From Camelus ferus (taxonomy: Eukaryota), in the NCBI RefSeq assembly GCF_009834535.1, contig NC_045697.1, forward strand, positions 38,442,001-38,506,000: a stretch of 64,000 bases of DNA. The letters run 5' to 3'. Each line of letters opens with the position of its first letter. Position 1 is the stretch's first letter. Below, in pieces: positions 1 through 11,692 of the stretch. The notes beneath the pieces were generated by a model. The model was not told where the DNA came from. It was given only the letters and a program-made list of their open reading frames with translations, and did no database searches. Made by a program: the position numbers and the translations under genes.

Positions 1-315
1 CTGGAACTCTTGGCATTACATAGAAATTGTCTCCTTAACAGTTTGTTAGAGATGACTTATGAAATCACCTGGGTAGGTGTATTTTTTAGAAGAAAATATT
101 TGACCACCTTCTCAGTTTCTTCTAAAAATATTGATCTATTCCAATTTTCTCTCCTTTCTTAAGTTAGTTTTGGAAACTCAGTTTTTCTGGAATCCATATC
201 TTAATTATTTCTCTTTTCTTGTGAAATATTTATTTTGTGTGTCTCCTCACTGAATGACCTTTTCCTAGGAATCAACTTTTAATTTTGCTGATCAAATCTA
301 CTGTTTGATTTGTTT

Positions 316-445
316 ATTTTTTTGGCAGGGGGTGGTAAATTTGGTTTGTTGGTTTGTTTGTTTGTTTTAATGGAGGTACTGGGGATTGAATAGGAGCTTG
401 TGCATGCTAAGCATGTGCTCTACCACTGAGCTATACTCTCCCCCC
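316..445 (-). mobile_element. tRNA-derived SINE (Vic-1-like, camelid)
   Basis: Reverse complement reads ggggagagtatagctcagtggtagagcacatgcttagcatgcac... (tRNA A-box-like head) with an A-rich tail. Flanked by gatttgttt. Confidence 0.85.
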
Positions 446-644
446 GATTTGTTTTCTGTTTCATTAACTTCTGCTTTCATTCCTTCCTTCTGCTTTCTTT
501 GCTTTTATTTGCTTTCATTCTTGAGTTATATATTCAGTTTACTTTTAATCTTTCTTAAATTTCCTCTAAGAACTTTAGGCTATTTTGTCATTATTTTTTG
601 TCATTACTTTCTAGATTCCAATTTCAGTTCTGGATTATTTAAAC

Positions 645-768
645 TGGGGTCACTATATAATTTATCATCCAAATTGGGATACTTTTGTGAGTGAAATATA
701 CACTATTGTCTGGATAATAGGTGTGAGCTGGGACTGTTTTGGATGAATCACTAAGTAAGATCACCCTA
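645..768 (+). mobile_element. hAT-Blackjack MITE (MER94-like)
   Basis: Terminal inverted repeats tggggtcac...atcacccta and a degenerate 8-bp TSD atttaaac/tttttaac. Resembles the recalled MER94 consensus. Confidence 0.7.
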
Positions 769-998
769 TTTTTAACATGAGTTACTTTAAAGGAAGTTTT
801 AAATTTTTCACATAGGATTTTGTTACAAATTCCTAATTTATTGAATTTTAATCAAAGAATGTGGTGTGCATGGATTTTGTTGTTTGGAATTTATTGAGGT
901 TTTTTGGGGGGTGCACTAAAACTTGGTAAATTTTTGTGACTGTTCCAAATGGTTTTGTACAGAATGCATATTTTCTGTTTGTTGGATACACATTTCTT

Positions 999-1113
999 TT
1001 TGGGGGGGGGGGATAATTGGGTTTATTTATTTTTAGAACAGGTACTGGGGATTGAACCCAGGACCTCTTGCATGCTAAGGATGCAGTCTACCACCTGAGC
1101 TAAACCCTCCCCC
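999..1113 (-). mobile_element. tRNA-derived SINE (Vic-1-like)
   Basis: Same SINE sequence, with a perfect 14-bp TSD gatacacatttctt at 985-998 and 1115-1128. Confidence 0.9.
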
Positions 1114-2258
1114 AGATACACATTTCTTGATATCTTTTAGGTCAAGCCTGTCAATTTTCTAAAAATTTATTTTTGTCTATGTGAGATCAATTTCTAAGAA
1201 AAGTTAAAAAGTCTCCCACTATGAGAGCAGATTTATAACTGCTTTCACATTTTGGTTTAAATAATTCAAATTTTCTATTGTTAGATACATAAATTTTCAA
1301 GACTGTTATTTTTGTTGTTGGTTTGTACCTTTTATTTTAGCATTTAGTACTCTTTACCTTGAAATCTCTTGTATCAGATATTAATATTGTTCCTTATGCT
1401 TTCTTTTCTTTTTTAACAGCTTGAGATATAAATTATATATCTCCATAAAATTCACACATTTAAATTGTATGATTTGATGATTTTTAGTATAGTCACAGGG
1501 TTGTGCAACCATTACCACAATCAATTCTAGAACATCTCCATCATCCTAGAAAGAAACCCTATACCTATTAAGAGTCGATCTCCATTTTCCCTTCAACATC
1601 CGCAACCATGAATCTACTACTGTCTCTATAAATTTACCTGTCTGGACATTTGATACAAGTGGAATCATACAGTGTGTGCTCTTTTGCGTCTGGCTTCTTT
1701 CATTTAGCGTAACACCTTCATGGTTCATCATGTTGTAGCATGTATCAGTACCTCATTTCTTTTATTGTTGAATATTCCATTGTATGGATAATACCACCTT
1801 CATTTAATCTATTAATTAGTTGATAGACATTTTGATTGTTTCCACTTTTGGCCATTATAAGTAATGCTACTATAAACATTCAGGTACATGTTTTGTGTGG
1901 ATATATGCTTTCACTTCTCTTGGGTGTATATTTAGGAGTAGAATTTCTGGGTCATATGGTAACTCCGTATTTAACGTATTTAGGAACTGCCAGCTATTTC
2001 CCAAAGTGGCTGCACCATTTTACATCACCACCTGCAATGTGTGAGGGTTCCAATATTTCTACATCCTCACCAACACTTGTTATTATCTATCTTCTTTTTA
2101 AATTATTTCTATCCTAGTGGGTGTAAAGTGGTATTTCATTGTGGTTTTGATTTGCATTTCCCTGATGCTTAATGGTGTTGAGCACCTTTTCACTTGCTTA
2201 TTGGACATTTGTATATGTTTGTTGGAGAAATGTCTATTGAGATCCTCTGCCCATTTTA

Positions 2259-2301
2259 TTTTTTTAATGTATTATTATTGAAGTATAGTCAGTTTACAAT
2301 G
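2259..2301 (-). mobile_element. Extremely 5'-truncated young L1 tail (about 43 bp)
   Basis: attgaagtatagtcagtttacaatg matches the other young L1 3' ends in the window. TSD ctctgcccatttta (2245-2258) / ctttgcccatctta (2302-2315). Confidence 0.75.
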
Positions 2302-2413
2302 CTTTGCCCATCTTAAAAGTGGAATATTTCTCTTTTTACCTGTTGAACTGTACAAGGTCTTTATATATTCTGCATGCAGGTCCCTAATCAGATACATATA
2401 TGATTTGCAAATA

Positions 2414-2856
2414 CAGGTATCCCCCAATCTTCAAAAGCTTGCTTGATGCCATTCACTTTTACCAAAGTCCTACATTAGTACCTGTTTTTACTAACTAAAA
2501 GAAATCCAAGAAGGATTTTTGCTTTTACCAAAAAAAAAAAAAAAAAAAAAAAAGGCAAAAAGCAAAAACAGTGTTCAGCGTTGGTTTTGCAGCAAGCTGT
2601 TCTAGAAAAGGCACACATCCCAAGCAGTGACAGTGGCATTGCCAACCTCCTTCTCCCCAGAACCACACTCAGCATCTCAGCATCCAGCTGCCATAACTTT
2701 GAACTGTGTCTGTGAGCATCTGTGCTTTAATCTCAGTTTATCTTGTGCATCTATTAGCAAGAATTGTTCTAAGGTAATTGCTTCTTTGCTTTATACTATT
2801 TCAACTTACGAAAGGTCTCATAGGAATGCTCTACTTTCAGAATTCAGGGCCACCTG
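2414..2856. mobile_element. TcMar-Tigger MITE inserted in L1
   Basis: Ends caggtatccccc...gggccacctg (CAGGT/ACCTG) with TA duplicated at 2412-2413 and 2857-2858. It splits the L1 phrase gatttgcaaata|tattttccc. Internal poly-A at 2530-2553. Confidence 0.85.
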
Positions 2857-2990
2857 TATATTTTCCCACTCTGTGAGGTATATTTTCACTTCCTTGAGGA
2901 TATTATTTGCAGTACAAAAGTTTTTAATTTTGATGTGGCAGACATGGTGGGATATAGACTCTTGAGGCTTTGGAAGTCCAGGGTCTAACT

Positions 2991-3208
2991 CAGGGTTTCT
3001 CAGCCTTGGCACTACTGACATTTTGGACGAGATAATTCTTGGCTGTGGGATGCATTGTTCTGTGCATTGTAGGATGTTTAGCAGCATCTCTGGCCTCTAC
3101 CCACTAGATGCCAGTAGTAGCACCTACCAACCAGTTGTGACAACCAAAAATGTCTCCAGACGCTGCCAAATGTCTCCTAGAGGAAAAATTATCCACACTT
3201 GAGTACTG
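2991..3208 (-). mobile_element. MER20 (hAT-Charlie)
   Basis: Matches the recalled MER20 consensus (tgtaggatgtttagcagcatctctggcctctacccactagatgccagtag). 8-bp TSD gtctaact/gtttaact. Confidence 0.9.
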
Positions 3209-4579
3209 GTTTAACTACATAATATGACTATATAATTTCTTTTGCATATTCTTTGACCAGTAACTTCTAATATAGCAGTTAAATGGTTAAAGATTTTCAA
3301 AATTCTTAACGTTTTGCATCCTCCTTTTGTATTGTTAAGGTCTCTGAAAATCCGTGTCTTGCATGCCCTTGCATGCCAAAAGTGGAACAGGGGACTGAGA
3401 CCTGCTTTGATGTGCCTGCCACACTGTTATCGTAGCCCCACATGTGGTAACTGTGAACCAAGGTCTTTGCAAAGTGAGGGGGAAAAGTAGCACCTGTCAA
3501 AAGTGGTGCCTGATAACTTCTGATTTGTGAGGCCCATGAGACCTAGAAAGTTCTAATGTGAGCATAAATTCTCTATAACTCTTTCAGTATTTTAAGAGTG
3601 TATAATTGGGTGTTCCTTGCCCTGCAAAATTAAAAGACAGTAGACTTACACTTGATTTATGTAAAGCTGAATTTTTATAGAGTGTGTATTCGTGTCTTTG
3701 GCAAGACTATAATAAGTCAAGAAAAGACTCCATTTACATAGGTTCTACACATTTAATTTTTGGCTTCTAGTGCTGCTAGATCAAATCAAAGGGAACTTGC
3801 TTAACCCTTTATAAAATTCATTATGCTTATTTGAAATAAAGCAGACATCATTTAGAATATGCAAGCACTGAACAATGATACCTATATTTACAAAAATACA
3901 CAACCATATTTTACTCTAGTAGTTAATTAAAATGTTTAGCTAGAAAAACCCAGCTGGATAAGGCAATAAGCACTAGATTCTCCCTGTATCAAAGTTGCTC
4001 CTTTAAGTAAGGTACCTGCATTAAATTTAGAGTAGTCCTGTTTTGGCATTGGGACATCTGACTTAAGATGGAATACCTATTAGGGTTAACCTTCATCTGC
4101 ATCTTTTGTCACAGATGATTTGTTTTGTTTTGTTTTTTGCTTTGTTTTCAATTTCTTGTTTAATAATGACACGGAATTATTTTTAGGATCTTTGCAGGCA
4201 GAGTGAAGAAAAGATCACCAGAAACGGATTTCCAAGTTCCATCGAAATAGTCACTGCAAAACATGGAGAAAAAGTCTCAGTGCTTCCAGTTTGGCCATAA
4301 AAGGAAAAGATTATGATTAATTAAAATTTGAAATTAAAATTTCAAAGTCAATGTTTAATTTCATCATGGCTGGGGCCAATAATGCTCAATGTCAGTGTAA
4401 CTTTGTTCAGACATACAGCGACTCAGCAAAGCAGTTTCGAGCCTCTTTCTGTGTGGCATCTTTCAACTTGTTTGACTTTCCGGAGTCCCAGTGCCATTTC
4501 TCACTGTTGGGGTTCTGCAGGGCGAAACTCCCTCTGGAGTCCAGGTCGCTCTCCTTAGTCTCCGGCTGATCCAGGTACC

Positions 4580-5600
4580 AGCGGCTGGATTTGCATGCCG
4601 AGGGGTGGTCCCGGGTTCTTGCGCCAAGTGACCCTCCCTGGGAGCCCGCCATAGTCACCTCAGACCCCAGGGTTCAGCCGACCCTCGGGCCATCCCCCGC
4701 AGGGGTGGGGAGGGCACTGACCAATCCCACGCCCTTCCCGGTGCCCGGCTCAGGTTTCTGGGCATCCCGCCCCCCTCAAGGAAGGGAGCGGTCCGGCGCG
4801 CGTCTTCCCTCGAGGGCGCGAAAGGGAACTCGGAGCTGCTCCGCGCCAGGGCCCGGCTGTCCAGCGGCGAAGCCGGGCGGGGCCGCGGCGCGGGTCCGAG
4901 CGCCCGAGGCGCGGGCGGAGCATGTGACCACGCCGCGCGGGGCCGGGCGCGCAGTGCCGCGCGGTGGCGGTGGCGGGGAGAGCAATGGAGGCCGCGGCCG
5001 CCTGAGAGGCGGGTGCGCTGCCGGTGCTGCTGCGGAGGCTGCTGGTGCTGCGAAGCCGCCGCGGGCTGTGCATCCGCGCTCGCCGCCCGCGCAGGATCGC
5101 GGGTCGCCGTCCGGCCGCTCTGCCACCCCTGGCGCTTGACCAGGACCTCAGGTGAGCGCCCTCTCGGCCCGCGGCCGGAGCCAGACAATGGGTGCAGCGG
5201 GCGGGCTTGTCCCCTCCCCTCGCGACCCCCCGGGCCAGGCCCCCGCGGCGCCCCGGGATCCTCGATCTTGCCGCTGCCCCAGGGGTGTGGGCTCGGCGTG
5301 GCGGGCCGTGGACTTCGGGGCGGTGTCCCGGCGCGTGCTGCGGAGACCCTCCCCGAGGAACCGGCGCGTCGTGTGCGCCGCTTTGGATCCCACGCGAGGA
5401 ACCTGAGGACGGGGTGCGCCCTCGGGAACTTGCCGAGAGCGTGGGACCTTCTAATTCCCTCTGTCCTTCCCGCGCCGCGGCGTCCTGCTCCGGGGTCCCC
5501 GGCTCGGGTGCGGGCAGCGGCCGGGGTCAGAGAGAGACCTCGCCGTCTGGGATCACGGACGCTGACCCGGCTCAGCCTCCTCCCCTCGCCAGAGCTGCAT
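4580..5600. promoter_or_regulatory. CpG-island promoter
   Basis: Abrupt switch to very GC- and CpG-rich, repeat-free sequence. CCAAT at 4721-4725 followed by CCACGCCC, GC boxes at 4875-4882 and 4913-4920, E-box CATGTG at 4921-4926. Confidence 0.95.
4950..5151 (+). other. Probable non-coding first exon of an unidentified gene (TSS approximate)
   Basis: Strong splice donor CAG|GTGAGC at 5151/5152 inside the CpG island, downstream of GC boxes. The only ATG opens a 6-codon ORF. Confidence 0.7.
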
Positions 5601-7229
5601 TGCTTTGTTTAACCTCTGCCAGGCCATTTCGCACCAACTCTTGTTGCCCCAGTTCTGATGAGCCACCAGTTTGATGGCTCTGAGGCAAGACAAAGGTTTT
5701 CCCTGTTTACAAAGGCTGGAGCTGGGAAACTGCACGCTGCTGGTGGTGTAAAATGTGTTTTCCTTATCTTCTCCCAGGGGTTCTTGCGATGGTTTTCCTG
5801 GTTCTATTACCGTCCTTTCTTGCAGAGCTCTGTAGTGGCGAGATTGGACCTCCTAACCCTACCGAGACGGTGGGTGGGGTATGGCTTTATTCATCCTTAT
5901 CAGTAAACAGAAGGGCAAACTTTTACATTTTAGATGTTCTCAGAATAGAGGCATAGTAATCATTTTCTGAATTCTGCATTTTAAGAGAAAATAAATATTT
6001 AAAGACACATTAATTTCGTGGTTGGGCGGGGTGACAGTGGGGAGAAAACCTAGCAACTACAACCATGTGTTGTGAAATTTTAATATGGTTTTAAGAATAA
6101 TGGCCCGGAAACTGATCTGGGGGAGGTGAGGGAGTGCGTGTGTGTTGGGGGTGGTGGTGATGGAGAGGGAGTGGTTAGAATACAAAGGATAAGGCAATTT
6201 TAGTAAACGGTTCTTAGTAAATATCTTGTACCAATTTTCAGTTCATCAAGTTGTCATTAAATTATTGTTTCCCTGTAAAAATCACCTATAGTAGTTGTTG
6301 AATTATATATAAAATGGCTAACAAGTATTTGGCATTGTATGTGAGTCAGGAATCTGAAAACAGCAATCAATTTTGAGTAATTTTAAAAAGTCAACAAAGG
6401 AAAGACACTTCCACTACTCCCGCCTTTATTCTGTGGGAAAACGGAATCCTAGTTTAATAAATTCAACAGAAAATAACCTGTAAGAAAAAAATTTCAAAGG
6501 CAAGGTTTTTTAAAGAAGCATTGTGAGAAATGCATCTTATATAGGTGATAATGGTTGCATTGCTTCAACTCAGATATGTGAAAGGAAAAAGAGCAGGCTA
6601 CTAGATTGGTCCTTTCCAGTATTAAAATGTATTTTCTTCCAGACGCGATTTGAAATGGAGAAACTTTCACTCTAAAGACTTAGCAGTCATTTAGTGCTGA
6701 ATTTGGAGTCAGGAAGATAATATTACTAACCTGACATACTTAGGTAATTGGTATGAGAAACAAAAGCTTCCACATAGTTCTTTCCAAACTATGAAGCACT
6801 TTAGTAAATGTAAGTTATTATTATTGCTAGATAAGGAGGCTGTATTTTCTAATTTTCTCTCACACAATTTTGGGAAAATTAATTGAAATTAATGTGAAAT
6901 TATCCAGTCTGGCATATATTAGATGTTCAATAAATAATTGAGGAAAGAATGAGTTAATGAAAAATAAAATGCAAATGGATAGAACATACATTCAGATCGA
7001 ATTGGTTTACTTCTTTTAGTTTAATCAATACTTACTGAAGGCCTACTGTGTGCCAAGAACTGTGCGGACTGTTTCCACGTACAGTTCATAAAAGCCTGGT
7101 AATCTTCCTTTTTTGATTGTGTGATGTATGTTTCCATAAAGAATGGGGCCCCTTGGGTTGTAGTAATCATCATCGCATATAACTGAGTAGCACAGTAGAA
7201 CATTTCACTTGTTATATGTGCAAATACTT

Positions 7230-7400
7230 TCTCACAGTGGCCTGTGGGGAGGCAGGGCAGATGCTATCATTCCCGTTTTGTAGGTGAGGAAATCCAGACA
7301 CAGCGAGATTAAATGACTTGCCAGCTCCTCACTACTGAAGCAACAGTGCCAGGGACAGAAGCTGGACCTCAAGCCTAATGCTTTCATCTCTGAACCACAC
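7230..7400 (-). mobile_element. MIR fragment
   Basis: MIR core-like attcccgttttgtaggtgaggaaatccagacacagcgagattaaatgacttgcc. Confidence 0.7.
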
Positions 7401-7472
7401 TGTCTTCTCCAAGATACACTGCACCTCCAGAAAATCTCTCTTGAGTTAGGCCTCATGAAATAGTCTATCTTT

Positions 7473-7593
7473 GGGGAAGGAGAGTATAGCTCAATTGGCA
7501 GAGTGCAGGCTTAGCATGCATGAGGTCCTGGGTTTAATTCCCCAGTACCTTCTTTAAATAAAAATAAACAAATAAACCTAATCACCCCCCAAA
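7473..7593 (+). mobile_element. tRNA-derived SINE (Vic-1-like)
   Basis: agtatagctcaattggcagagtgcaggcttagcatgcatgaggtcctgggtttaattccccagtacc plus A-rich tail. Confidence 0.85.
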
Positions 7594-7791
7594 AGCCTGC
7601 CTTTGGAATAACTTTAAGGAAAAGTTATATCTTACAAGCTACTACTTAGTGAAGTGGTTAAATATGCAAGTTCTGGAGGCAGGTGACTACATTTGAACAT
7701 GAGAATAAATATAAGTACTTAGCACAAAGTCTAGTAGAAACTAAGCATTCAGTGTCGGCTAATTATTTTTATTCTTATTTTTATAATGAAG

Positions 7792-8033
7792 CAGTGACTT
7801 TTAAACTTTTTTGGGGGGGCCACAATAAGAGATGCTTTTTACTTTGCCATCCAGTATATTGATACATTACAAATGTGTTTAATTAAAAAAAAATCATGAA
7901 TCAGTACTTAGACTTCCTATGTGCAGTGCATTCTTATATTTTTCATTCTGTTTTATTGAGAAATTTAGGATGAGAGACACTGAATGATTTCACATCCCAT
8001 TAATGCGTCAGGACCTGCAGTTTGAAAAGCACT
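7792..8033. mobile_element. hAT-Charlie-like MITE remnant
   Basis: Begins cagtgacttttaaac and ends gtttgaaaagcact (inverted ends). Confidence 0.5.
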
Positions 8034-8189
8034 AATGTAAAGGATAATCAGATTAATAAGTGCGTTAAAGAAAAATCTATCATTTAATCTTTATACTTTC
8101 CCCTTCTAATGATTGACAACATCAGTTGGAATTTGAATATTAAATTATACTGAAAATAGATTCTTAAACATTTCTTAGCAATTCTAACT

Positions 8190-8410
8190 GTATATGGAGT
8201 ACTTACTATGGTCTAGGTACTGTGCTGAGCAGTCTGTGTGTGTACGTTATCTAATTTAGTGCTCGCAACAGCCCTGTAAGGATGTCTTGTGTTTCCATTT
8301 GATAATTAACATTAAGACTCAGACTGGTTTTATGAACTTGCCCAAGGTCATAAAGTTAGTGAGAGATGAAGCAAGAATTCAAACAATTCTGTTTGACCCC
8401 AAAGCTCTCT
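8190..8410 (-). mobile_element. MIR
   Basis: MIR-like gagtacttactatgg...aacttgcccaaggtcata...agaattcaaac. Confidence 0.7.
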
Positions 8411-11004
8411 GCACTTTCAGCCCCAACCCTCTGTTCTGATGTTCTCTCACAGTGACTTCTGAAGATACATCATTCCTTCTCTTACATAAATTTGAATGGC
8501 GTCTTGAGAACTTACGTGTTGGGGTGTATCTTTTGTAGTTTCCTTTGAAAGGACCAATTTGAAGAAAATTTTGAAGTTAGTAAAGTAAGAGCATACTGGG
8601 TAGCATTAGTATTAGACTAGTATTTCACTTTGACTTTGATGTAAATATTTTGGAATAGCTTCTCAAGTTTTTATGACAGTGTCGATTAATTGGTCAGTTT
8701 TATTGAGCACCCGAAGTTTTAATATATCTTCAGAAGAGACATGAAATAGCTGTGTAACTATAAAAAGACTTCATTACAAATGAATGTCAGCTTTTGTTCA
8801 GGCACAAAATGAAGACTTAAGAGCTACAAAGTGTACTTTATATTATATTGATTTGTTTCAAAATCACCAGACAGTGAAAGTATTTATTTTGTTAAGTACT
8901 TGTAAGACACCACCACTAATTGTACTATTAATTTTTTTTTGTATTTCAGTTCTTTGCACGTGTTTCTTAAATTTTTAGCAGTATTTTAATTTTAATTTTT
9001 TAGTAGTTCTGGGACTTTCTTCCTCTTTAAAAAATATTGTGAGAAAGAATTAAGGAACTGTATTTTATAAGGAGTACTTAGAAACACAAGTAGATAATTT
9101 TACATGACAGTGGAAAGGAAATTTCACTGTTTCTTTTCACACTCATGTCTTCCAGACTCAGACTCTTTCAGTGTCTAGTTTGCATATTGCTGTTGACATG
9201 TAGGAGTGTATCTTATAAATAAAATAATTACCAGGTGCTTAAAGATACATAGATATGCTCCTGCTTTTGCATTACAGCTTCCCTGTACATGGGGCTTTAA
9301 ACTTTCAATGGTATGTTTAGTTTATTTGTTGAATTAAGGTTAGGGTTTTCAAAACTGATAATTTTTTTAAAATATTAGAGCTTGTGTAGCTCATGATAAT
9401 CTTATTAGACAAAGAACAGCAGTTTCATGGTTTATGTGGTTTGAAAATCTACATACTTCTTTTCATCAGTCATCATTTCTCATAAGATTAGATAAAAGTG
9501 AGTATATTGTTTCACTTATTGTTGGACATCAGATTTTACCCTTAGATGAGCCCTCAAAAAACCGTTTTGCCCCTAACGAAATTGTGTACAGTTGTCATAG
9601 CTTATGTTTTATGCTTATTTTGTTAATTTATTCCTTTTGTCTAACACTTGACCCCTAGTGGATTGGTATAGTTTTTGTGAGCATCAAGGCATATTCCAGC
9701 TATTGAATGGTCACTGTAATTTTTCTTTGTTTAGGCAGGTACACTGGATTCCCATTACATTTTGTACTACTTTTATTCTTGATGTGAGAATTCTTAGAGA
9801 TAAAAAGAGCAAAATCAATTTAGATATATACTTGTACTAGTGCCTTTGAGACAGATACATATGCATATTTTAGATTTACATATATGTGTGGTTTCTGAAG
9901 TTATATGAGAAGTGCAAAATTACAAACTCTTAATCCATAAATTTAAAAATTATCTTAAGTAACTGTGGAAATATAGAAGCTGCATAAAACCTTTAAGAGT
10001 TGTTAAATGCTTTAATCACTAAATGCTTAATGTTATCAGAAATATTTAAGAAGCCAAATAGAACAACCATGTATAATAGCTTTTATAGTCTAGTAAGTTT
10101 ATATATGGAAAGGTGATGCCATTTAAAATTGTCAAAAGTGAAGTGCAGAAATATTTTCAGTCAGATTTTAAAATCATCACCAGCTCTTCCAGATATTTGT
10201 AGAATTTTTCAAATAGTATATTTCGGGGCTTACGTGGAAATTTCAATAAACTTGCTTCCAAAACTGGTACTATTTTAAATATGTTTGAGGAAAAGATATA
10301 GAAGTTGCCTCCCTGAAACACTTTGGGAAGTATTTAAATTGGAAGTAAGTACTCAGCTCACTAGAGACAGGCTGTTAGAATAGAATTTAGAAGCAGATAC
10401 CAGCTGCTGAGAAAAATTATTCCCAGGAACAAGAAGGGAAGGGAAACTTGCAAAAAAATGTGTTGGTCTTTTCACCAGGGAGGGTAAGACCAACCCACCC
10501 AGAGGTCCACAGCCTGGCTCCAGTCCCTGGAGAGCGATTGGCCGGCACTAATGGGGGAGGGGAGCAGGCAGGGAGAGGGGGCAACAGAGAAACTTAGTTA
10601 TTGTTGAAATCTAGGATAAGCCAGATTCATTAAATAATCTGTGAAAATTCTTGTGTACAATTGTTAACCCACAGTTTCCTCACTTGGGAGAAATGAAAAG
10701 GATAGTCCATGGTTCCCATGGAAGAGGAAACATCAGAACCCCATTGTCAAAGCCATTTATGGTCTCAGGTCGAGGCCACAGCTGATGCTCTTAGTTAGGG
10801 AAGCTTGTGACAGGTTCAGCAGAGCTGGTAAGACACTGCTGATGATTTCCAGGCTGTCCTAAATGATTGCATTCCAGGTTTTCTTCTTTTTGAAAAGTTC
10901 TTAATAAATATAGAGTGACTTTTTCTCTACCAGAGCATCACTGTGACAGACGGAGGGGGCTTGCTTGGCGCGCCTTCTGATGCAGCTGCCCGGGCATGTT
11001 TGTG

Positions 11005-11285
11005 ATGGGTTAACTGTTTTCTAGAGTTAATGAGGTCAGGGTCACAGGTTCAGTTCCTGGGAAGGCCAGTTAGCTTTGCTTTGTTCTCTGATCTCATATT
11101 GTACTCTTAACCCAGACCAGCCATCTGGCGAAGGCAGATCATTGATCACAAAGGGACTAATAAGTGAGACGGTGTGGGAGGAGCAGCGTGAATCTTTCTC
11201 AGTGGATGTTGAGTAATTAGAGAAGCAATTCCAAAAGCATGTGCACGTTTGTGTTTCATAGCATTATCTTAATATGTGGAAGATA
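11005..11285 (+). mobile_element. Ancient tRNA-headed SINE (MamSINE1-like)
   Basis: taatgaggtcagggtcacaggttcagttcctgggaaggccagttagctttgctttgttc...cattgatcacaaagggac resembles the recalled MamSINE1 consensus. Confidence 0.65.
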
Positions 11286-11692
11286 ACGTGGCTGTCACAT
11301 AACTTTCTTTGTCATTTCTGTTGAACTCCCATTTTAACAGTTTTTTCAAGTTACAAGTTCTTAGAAGCCTCATTCATTCTGCAGTTACACTGTCTCAAAG
11401 ATTCTTAGATTCCCTCTCCGTTTGTAGGACAGCAGCTCTGTTAGTGAGAACAGGGTAAGTCTGAAAGTAGTAGATCAAACGACCTACTTGATTGTTTACA
11501 GATCCAACTCTATTGAGTTAAAAAATAAAAGTTAAAAAAAAGCAAAAACACTTTTGAATGAGAATAAATAGATTGAGAATATCCAGGAAAATACCTTACA
11601 GTTTTTCTAAGCCTCTTTGCATCTATTAATCTCTTATTCCCTTTATTAAAATTACTTCTAGTGTCAAGAGAAATATCTGAAATCATCTAGAC

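Larger units (their letters stand above)
1..1410 (-). mobile_element. Old decayed L1 ORF2-region fragments, interrupted by SINEs and a MITE
   Basis: T-rich antisense L1-like phrases (e.g. attgatctattccaattttct, ttggaatttattgagg, aaagtctcccactatg). Boundaries approximate. Confidence 0.6.
1410..2940 (-). mobile_element. L1 3' UTR and ORF2 C-terminus (L1M-type), with nested insertions
   Basis: Typical antisense L1 3' sequence (ccaaagtggctgcaccattttacat; tgatttgcatttccctgatg). ORF 1546..1731 is L1 3'-end-like. Confidence 0.85.

Noticed and set aside
4721..4731. ER-stress element (CCAAT c CCACG)
   Set aside because: ERSE needs a 9-nt spacer and ERSE-II needs ATTGG-N-CCACG. Neither is matched.
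4950..5151. Assigning a gene symbol
   Set aside because: No coding exon is visible and I do not reliably recognise the 5' UTR. A BLAST search is needed.
4591..5674. Long overlapping ORFs in the CpG island, including the Cys-rich 5013..5612 frame
   Set aside because: Open on both strands and several frames because GC-rich DNA lacks stops. They are low-complexity R/P/G/A, many have non-ATG starts, and some cross the 5151 donor.
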